Shown in pieces: positions 58,211 through 64,000 of a DNA stretch of 64,000 bases. Source of the stretch: an uncultured delta proteobacterium (GTDB lineage Bacteria > Myxococcota_A > Polyangia > Polyangiales > Polyangiaceae); the NCBI GenBank assembly GCA_963782055.1, contig CAWAIF010000003.1:6304001-6368000 (forward strand), given 5' to 3'. The translations under genes were made by a program, and so were the position numbers. The notes under the pieces were generated by a model, which ran no database searches, was not told where the DNA came from, and saw only the letters and a program-made list of their open reading frames with translations. Positions within the stretch are counted from its first letter, which is position 1; the number at the start of each line of letters is the position of its first letter.

Positions 58211-58266
58211 CCCACGTTTCGAGGCCAGATCATTAGCAAGCACTCGAAAGGGCCTCGAAACGTGGG
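58211..58266. repeat. Perfect 16-bp inverted repeat with a 24-nt loop upstream of the MarR gene
   Basis: cccacgtttcgaggcc (58211-58226) / ggcctcgaaacgtggg (58251-58266). Confidence 0.85.
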
Positions 58267-58313
58267 GGGGGCGGGGGAGAAGGGGGGGCACGGGGTGTGC
58301 AGTGGGGGAGGGG

Positions 58314-58820
58314 ATGGATGCCATCATGTTCGGGCTCAAGCGGGCCTATCAGTCAACGCTCACCCTCGGGCGCGCCATCTGTTCCAAGTTTGCGCAGGGG
58401 CTCACGCCGGCGCGCCTGGACATGATGTACGCGGTTCACGACAACGCGATGAACTACGTGACGCAGATGAAGCTGCGCCGGCTGCTCGGGGTGTCGCGGC
58501 CGACGGTCAGTCGCATGTTGAAATCGCTCGAGGAGCTGGGCTGGGTGGAGCGCAGCCCGGGGCCGCACCTGGACAGGCGGACCCGCAAGGTGCGGCTCAC
58601 CGAGCGGGGCGTCGCGCTGCTCAAGCGCGTGCTCGCCGCCGTCCTCGCCACCGACATGGTGAAGTTCATCGTCGACACCTCGCTCTCGATGGGGAGGTTC
58701 TGGGACGCCGGCCGCTGTCTGGTGGAGCGCGACCGCACCGAGGGCATCCTGCGGCGCATACGGCACGACTTCGGCGACACCGCGAGCATCGAGTACCCGT
58801 GGGACCACCCCGACGACTAG
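58314..58820 (+). CDS. MarR-family winged-helix regulator
   Basis: GLTPARLDMM, GVSRPTVSRMLKSLEELGWVER and DRRTRKVRLTERG. Confidence 0.85.
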   Translation: MDAIMFGLKRAYQSTLTLGRAICSKFAQGLTPARLDMMYAVHDNAMNYVTQMKLRRLLGVSRPTVSRMLKSLEELGWVERSPGPHLDRRTRKVRLTERGVALLKRVLAAVLATDMVKFIVDTSLSMGRFWDAGRCLVERDRTEGILRRIRHDFGDTASIEYPWDHPDD

Positions 58821-58830
58821 GCCACCCGCG

Positions 58831-59946
58831 TCACTTCTTGAAGAGGGACATCAGCAGCATCGCCAGACCCACGCCGGCGATGAGGAAGGCGACGGCCACC
58901 CCGGCGAGCAGTCCCATGCTCGGCTTCTTCTGCGACGCGATCCCCGCCATCCCCGCGTTCGGCCTGGTGGGAGCGTCGGGGAGGTTGGGCAGCGAGCTGG
59001 AGGAGGAGGGCGCCGGGATCTGCGCGATCGGCGCGATCGGGCCGCTCGACCCCGTCGGCAGCTCGCTCTTGCCTTCCAGCACCGCCTGGAGCGCCTGCGC
59101 CAGGTCCGCCATGGAAGCGAAGCGCTCGTCGACCTGCTTGGAGAGCGCCTTCTGCATCACCCGGTCGAGCAGCGGCGGGAAGGTCCTGCCCGCGACGCGC
59201 TGCGAGAGGGGGATGGGCTTGCCGGTGACGTGCAGCGACAGGAAGTCCATCGCGCTCTTCGCCTCGAAGGGCAGCTTGCCGGTGAGCACCTCGTAGAGGA
59301 TGACGGCGAGCGAATACTGGTCGCTCGCCGGGGTCAGCGTCTTGCCCTGCGCCTGCTCCGGGCTCATGAACTCCGGCGTCCCGAAGACCATCCCCTCCTG
59401 CGTCAGGATCACCGACCCCGGGCGCATCTCCCGCTCGGTCACCTTGGCGAGCCCGAAGTCGAGCACCTTGGGGTAATCCTTCAGCCCGCCGGACTGGCAC
59501 AGGAAGATGTTCTCCGGCTTGAGGTCGCGGTGGATGATCCCCTGCCGGTGCGCCTCCTCCAGCGCCCCGCACACCTGGATCAGGATGGGCAGCGCCCGCT
59601 CGACGGGAAAGGGCCCCTGGGCGCGAACCGTCTGGTTCAGGTTCTTGCCCTCCAGGAACTCCATGATGATGTAGAGCGACCCATCGTCGAGCTCACCGTA
59701 GAGGAACACCTTCACCGTGTTCGGGTGCGTCAGGTGGCTCATCGCCCGCGCCTCGCGGCGGAAGCGCGAGACCAGGTCCTTGCGGTTGGCGAGCTTCGGA
59801 TGGAGGATCTTCACCCCCACCATCCGGTTCATCTCCGGCTGCAGCGCCTTGTAGACCGCACCCATCCCGCCGGAGCCGATCTTTTGGAGGATCTGGAACT
59901 GTCCGTTCAGAATGTCGCGTCCAATGAACGGATCCGGCGGCGGCAT
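58831..59946 (-). CDS. Ser/Thr protein kinase with C-terminal TM helix
   Basis: GSGGMGAVY, HRDLKPEN, DFGLAK and GTPEFMSPEQ. Confidence 0.95.
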   Translation of the reverse strand: MPPPDPFIGRDILNGQFQILQKIGSGGMGAVYKALQPEMNRMVGVKILHPKLANRKDLVSRFRREARAMSHLTHPNTVKVFLYGELDDGSLYIIMEFLEGKNLNQTVRAQGPFPVERALPILIQVCGALEEAHRQGIIHRDLKPENIFLCQSGGLKDYPKVLDFGLAKVTEREMRPGSVILTQEGMVFGTPEFMSPEQAQGKTLTPASDQYSLAVILYEVLTGKLPFEAKSAMDFLSLHVTGKPIPLSQRVAGRTFPPLLDRVMQKALSKQVDERFASMADLAQALQAVLEGKSELPTGSSGPIAPIAQIPAPSSSSSLPNLPDAPTRPNAGMAGIASQKKPSMGLLAGVAVAFLIAGVGLAMLLMSLFKK

Positions 59947-59973
59947 CGGAGAGAGCCGGTGTATCACAGAGGC

Positions 59974-60717
59974 ATGACGATGGGATCAGGCAGCGGCGCA
60001 ACCCTCCCCGTGGCCATCGCCCTGACGAGCCCCTTGCTGCGGGCGGCAGGCTTCAGGCACGGCTTCTCCACCCGCGTGCTGGATCTGCGCCCGGGCGCCA
60101 GCGAGCGCGAGGCCCACCTGGAGGCTTTCGCCCTCGTGCTCAGGTTCGACCCCGCGCGCCTCTTCCTCGCCTCGCAGGTTCACGGCGCGTGCGCGCTCCA
60201 GGCCGAGGGAGAGCCCACCGAGCTCGCCACCCGCGCGGCCGACGCCCTGATCGCCCGGTCCGCAGGGGACGCGGTGGGCGTGCGCGTCGCCGACTGCGTC
60301 CCCGTGCTCCTCGCCGACCCTGACACCGGCGCGGTCGCCGCGGTCCACGCCGGATGGCGTGGCGTCGCCGCGGGCGTCATCGCCTCCGCCGTCAAGGAGG
60401 CGGCCGCGGCGGGCTCGACCACGCGCCTCGCCGCCATCGGCCCGTGCATCGGCGCCTGCTGCTTCGAGGTCGGCGCCGACGTGGCCGAGCAGATCGCCGC
60501 CGCCAGCCGGCCGGAGGTCGTCATCCGCCGCGAGGGCGACAAGGCCCACATCGACCTTCGCGCCGCCGTGCGCGCCCAGCTCCGCGACGCCGGACTCGCC
60601 GACGAGTCCATCGACGACGTCGCCGGCTGCACGCGCTGCGAGCCCTCCCGCTTCTTCTCGTACCGGCGCGAGGGCGAGCGCGCCGGCCGCCACCTCGCGG
60701 TGATCGTCGCCCGCTAG
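59974..60717 (+). CDS. pgeF: YfiH/PgeF family protein
   Basis: HGFSTR, QVHG, ADCVPVLL, HAGWRG, IGPCIG and FFSYRR. Confidence 0.9.
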   Translation: MTMGSGSGATLPVAIALTSPLLRAAGFRHGFSTRVLDLRPGASEREAHLEAFALVLRFDPARLFLASQVHGACALQAEGEPTELATRAADALIARSAGDAVGVRVADCVPVLLADPDTGAVAAVHAGWRGVAAGVIASAVKEAAAAGSTTRLAAIGPCIGACCFEVGADVAEQIAAASRPEVVIRREGDKAHIDLRAAVRAQLRDAGLADESIDDVAGCTRCEPSRFFSYRREGERAGRHLAVIVAR

Positions 60718-60745
60718 CTTCGCCGTCCGCGCGGGCGGCGGCGCA

Positions 60746-61423
60746 TCACGCCGGCCTGGGCACGCCCGGCATCCGCCGGAAGCCGTCCAGGAGCACCTCC
60801 AGCCCCGTCTCGAAGATCTCGTCGAAGTGCGACGGCGCCAGGAACGTCGCCACCCGCGCGAGGTGCGGATACGTCACCTCGTCGGACTCCACGGTCTGCG
60901 TCGTCGCGCCCTTGCGCGCGGCGAACGAAGCGCCGGCGATCTCGTCCAGCGCCGTGCCGCTACAGAAGTTGCCGACCGTCCGGAACAGCCGCACGGCGAG
61001 GTGCGCCTCGAACCCCTCCTCCAGCAGCGCGGCGAACATCTTGTCCAGCAGCGCGAGCGTCCCGGGCGTGTCGAACCGGCGCATCGCCACGAGGGGGAAC
61101 GCGTGCGGGTGGATCCGCGCGAGCGCGCGGTAAGAGCGGGCGAAGCCCAGCACCCGCGCCTCCCATCCGCCGCCTGCGGCCGGCACGTCCACCTTCCGCA
61201 TCACCAGATCGACCACGGCGTCGAGCAGGGCGTCCTTGCTGGGGAAGTGGTTGTAGATGGCCATCGCCTCGCAGCCGAGGGCGCGCCCGATCCGCCGCGT
61301 GCTCAGCTGCTCCAGCCCGTTCTGCTCGATCAGCTCAAGGGCCGTGTGCGCGATGCGGTCCCGCGTGAGCGGCTCCCGGCGCTTGCGCGGCTTCTTCTCC
61401 TCGAGCTTCGGGGCGCTGGACAT
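60746..61423 (-). CDS. TetR-family regulator
   Basis: LTRDRIAHTAL...LSTRRIGRALGCEAMAIYNHFPSKDALL; TetR_C-like tail FETGLEVLLDG. Confidence 0.9.
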   Translation of the reverse strand: MSSAPKLEEKKPRKRREPLTRDRIAHTALELIEQNGLEQLSTRRIGRALGCEAMAIYNHFPSKDALLDAVVDLVMRKVDVPAAGGGWEARVLGFARSYRALARIHPHAFPLVAMRRFDTPGTLALLDKMFAALLEEGFEAHLAVRLFRTVGNFCSGTALDEIAGASFAARKGATTQTVESDEVTYPHLARVATFLAPSHFDEIFETGLEVLLDGFRRMPGVPRPA

Positions 61424-61519
61424 TTCTGCCTCCAGGGTAGTCCAGCCGGCCCGGAGTACACCGTAAAATATGGGATCTTGCCTACCCCTCCCCACCCTCA
61501 CCCGCGAGGCGGGCCCCCT

Positions 61520-61948
61520 TCACTTCTCCTTCGCCACCACGATGTTGTAGACGCCCTTGCCCGTCGCCACCGCCTCCTCCGGGTGACTCGCGTGGAACAA
61601 CCGCACGTCCACCACCCCCACCCGGTTGCCCTTCCGCACCAGGTGCGCGTCCGCCTCCAGCTTCTCCGCGCGCCCCGGGCGCAGGTAGTCGACGCGCAGG
61701 TCGATGGTGGACACCCGCGCGCGCGCGTCCGCGACGCTCGCCCACACCGCCATGCCGCCCGCGACGTCAGCCAGCGTGCTGATGACGCCGCCGTGCAGCG
61801 CCGGCCGCAGCGGGTCCCCGATGAACTCCGGTCGGAAGGCGAGCTCGAGGTGCACCGTCTCCTTGTCCAGCCCCACCACCTTGATGCCGAGGAATTTGTT
61901 GAAGGGGACGAAGTCCTCCATCATCTGGCGAAGCGCGGCGGAATCCAT
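61520..61948 (-). CDS. PaaI-type hotdog-fold thioesterase
   Basis: LHGGVISTLADVAGG and TIDLRVDYLRP. Confidence 0.9.
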   Translation of the reverse strand: MDSAALRQMMEDFVPFNKFLGIKVVGLDKETVHLELAFRPEFIGDPLRPALHGGVISTLADVAGGMAVWASVADARARVSTIDLRVDYLRPGRAEKLEADAHLVRKGNRVGVVDVRLFHASHPEEAVATGKGVYNIVVAKEK

Positions 61949-62053
61949 CGCGGCCGACCATAGCCGAACGCCGGCCGAAGACCGAGCGCGAACCGGGAGG
62001 CCTCGCGATCGTCCGTGCGCCCTTCGTGCCGCCGATCGGCCTGCGGCCGGACC

Positions 62054-63445
62054 TCAGGGGTCGGTCGTCGACGTGGCCGCCATCGCCAGGAAGTCGATGA
62101 GGTCGATCTTGGTCACGATGCCGACGAGCTCGTCCTTCTCCGTCACCATCGCCGCCTTGGCGTCGGCCAGGGCGCTCTGGAGCAGCTCCACCTTCGTGTC
62201 CGGCGTGACCGTCGCGTAGTCGCCCTCGGCCAGGTCGCCCACCGGCGACTCCAGCGTCTTCTTCCCGCTCACCAGGTGGCGCAGCAGGTCCACCTCCGCG
62301 ACGATGCCCCGCAGCTTGCCGTCCTCCACCACCGGCAGCTGGCTGATGCCGCTGCTCTTGAGCGTGTCGATCGCCTCGCGCACCGTCGTCTTCGTCGACG
62401 CGGTGACCAGCTTGGCGTGGTAGCGCGGGCCGAGCACGTCGCGCACCGTGCCGAGGCCAGGCTGGTCCTCCAGGAAGCCGTTTTCGCGCATCCAGTCGTC
62501 GTTGAAGATCTTGGACACGTACTTCTGCCCGGCGTCGCACAGGAAGACGAGGATCTTCTGGCCGATGCGGTCGTGCGCCTTCGCCCACTTGAGCGCGCCG
62601 GCCACCGCCGCGCCGCCCGAGCCGCCGACGAAGAGCCCCTCCAGGCGCGTCAGGTCGCGCGTCATCAGGAAGCACTCCTTGTCGTCGACGCGCACGATGT
62701 CGTCGAGGATCTTCAGGTTCATCGTCTTGGGGAAGAAGTCCTCCCCGATGCCCTCCACCTTGTAGGAGAAGGCCTTGGTGATGCGCCCGGACTTCACGAA
62801 ATCGTAGTAGAGCGAGCCGACCGGGTCGACGCCGACGAGCTGGACCTCCGGCTTCCTCTCCTTGAGGTACTTGCCCGTGCCGCTGATGGTGCCGCCGGTG
62901 CCGAGCCCCGCGACGAAGACGTCCAGCTCCCCGCCCGTCTGCTCCCAGATCTCCGGGGCCGTCGAGAGGTAATGCGCCTCCGGGTTGGCGGGGTTGTTGT
63001 ACTGGTCGGCGTAGAAGCAGTTGGGCGTCTCGCGCGCCAGGCGCAGCGCCACCTGGTAGTAGCTGCGCGGGTCGTCCGGCTCGACGGCCGTCGGGCAGAC
63101 CACCACCCTGGCGCCGAAGGCGCGCAGGTTGGCGATCTTCTCCTGGCTCATCTTGTCGGGCATGACGAAGATGCACTTGTAGCCGCGCACCGCCGCGTTG
63201 AGGGCGAGCGAGGCGCCCGTGTTGCCGCTCGTCGCCTCGATGATGGTGCCGCCCGGCTTGAGGCCGTTCTCCTCCGCGCGGCGCAGCAGGTTGGCCGCCA
63301 GGCGGTCCTTGTGGCTGCCGCCCGGGTTGAGGAACTCGCACTTGACGTAGACCTCCGAGGCGAGGCCCTGGGTGACCTTGTTCAGCCGGACGATGGGCGT
63401 GTGCCCGACGGCCTGCAGGATGTTCTCGAGCGCCCCGTGCATCAT
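62054..63445 (-). CDS. Cystathionine beta-synthase (PLP) with C-terminal CBS domains
   Basis: KCEFLNPGGSHKDR, EATSGNTG, GLGTGGTISG and KIFNDDWM, followed by a CBS pair. Confidence 0.9.
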   Translation of the reverse strand: MMHGALENILQAVGHTPIVRLNKVTQGLASEVYVKCEFLNPGGSHKDRLAANLLRRAEENGLKPGGTIIEATSGNTGASLALNAAVRGYKCIFVMPDKMSQEKIANLRAFGARVVVCPTAVEPDDPRSYYQVALRLARETPNCFYADQYNNPANPEAHYLSTAPEIWEQTGGELDVFVAGLGTGGTISGTGKYLKERKPEVQLVGVDPVGSLYYDFVKSGRITKAFSYKVEGIGEDFFPKTMNLKILDDIVRVDDKECFLMTRDLTRLEGLFVGGSGGAAVAGALKWAKAHDRIGQKILVFLCDAGQKYVSKIFNDDWMRENGFLEDQPGLGTVRDVLGPRYHAKLVTASTKTTVREAIDTLKSSGISQLPVVEDGKLRGIVAEVDLLRHLVSGKKTLESPVGDLAEGDYATVTPDTKVELLQSALADAKAAMVTEKDELVGIVTKIDLIDFLAMAATSTTDP

Positions 63446-63532
63446 GGCCAAGGGGCATACGCTGGGGGCGACGCGCCATCAAGACCGACCCTGGCCCGGC
63501 GCGACTTTCCCCCGCCGGTCACGCTCCGGGCG

Positions 63533-64000
63533 TCACATCGTGCACTGCCACATGACCGTCTGACAGAGGATCTGGCCGTACTGGTCGGAGCCGCAGCTCG
63601 TCCCGCCGTTGTCGAAGGTGGCGTTGCCCAGCGAGCTGCAGCTCGTGGTGCTCTGGCAGTAACCGCACACGTTGCCGCACGTGCCGCCGTGGGCGCCGAG
63701 CTTGTTGTAGCCGAGCTGCTTGCAGATGTACTCGGCGTGGTAGCTCCCGCCGTTGGTGGAGAGCATCGACACCCAGGCGGTGGTGCAGTCCGCCTGGCAG
63801 ACGACCCACTTCAGGTTGGCGTTGGTCACGTCGCCGCCCTGCTGGCACTTGGTCGCCTGGCACGACGCCTGGCACTGGCCGTAGCGGCAGAGAGGCTTGT
63901 CGCTCGGGCAGGTGGTGCCGCAACCGCCGCAGTTGAAGCGATCGATCCACGGGTCGACGCACACCTGCGCGCCGAGCGTGCCGGCGTCGCCCGCGTCGGG
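63533..64000 (-). CDS. Cys-rich protein, 3' part only (starts beyond the window)
   Basis: CVDPWIDRFNCGGCGTTC motif; the frame is open to the window edge. Confidence 0.7.
   Translation of the reverse strand, partial: PDAGDAGTLGAQVCVDPWIDRFNCGGCGTTCPSDKPLCRYGQCQASCQATKCQQGGDVTNANLKWVVCQADCTTAWVSMLSTNGGSYHAEYICKQLGYNKLGAHGGTCGNVCGYCQSTTSCSSLGNATFDNGGTSCGSDQYGQILCQTVMWQCTM

Noticed and set aside
1..64000. CRISPR arrays, tRNA or rRNA genes
   Set aside because: No regularly spaced repeats or recognisable structural RNA were seen by eye; a covariance-model scan would be needed to exclude small RNAs.

Overview
High-GC window whose gene content (several eukaryote-like Ser/Thr kinases, many Cys-rich lipoproteins, an ECF sigma/anti-sigma module) suggests a myxobacterium, probably Polyangiaceae-like (inference from gene content only). 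Housekeeping-type genes flank the window: a glutaryl-CoA dehydrogenase-like gene, trmL, rnc, phhB, a PPIase and a histidine kinase at 1-23 kb; PBP1A, pgeF, TetR, a thioesterase and cystathionine beta-synthase at 51-64 kb. The accessory block at ~23-51 kb holds the main interest. (1) A ~2,286-aa lipoprotein-anchored, teneurin-like YD/Rhs polymorphic toxin with a JAB/DUF4329-like tip and a coupled downstream gene. (2) Behind it, an orphan second toxin tip plus a DUF4279-like immunity gene. The duplicated Rhs core of this orphan is split by a tyrosine-recombinase + IS91-like HUH transposase element that carries a dif-like site. (3) A stand-alone ATPase + partner pair resembling MADS mad3/mad4. 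(4) Several secreted-protein genes with single lesions (one in-frame TAG, two frameshifts). No rRNA, tRNA or CRISPR array was recognised. All family assignments come from motif recognition by eye, not from database searches.
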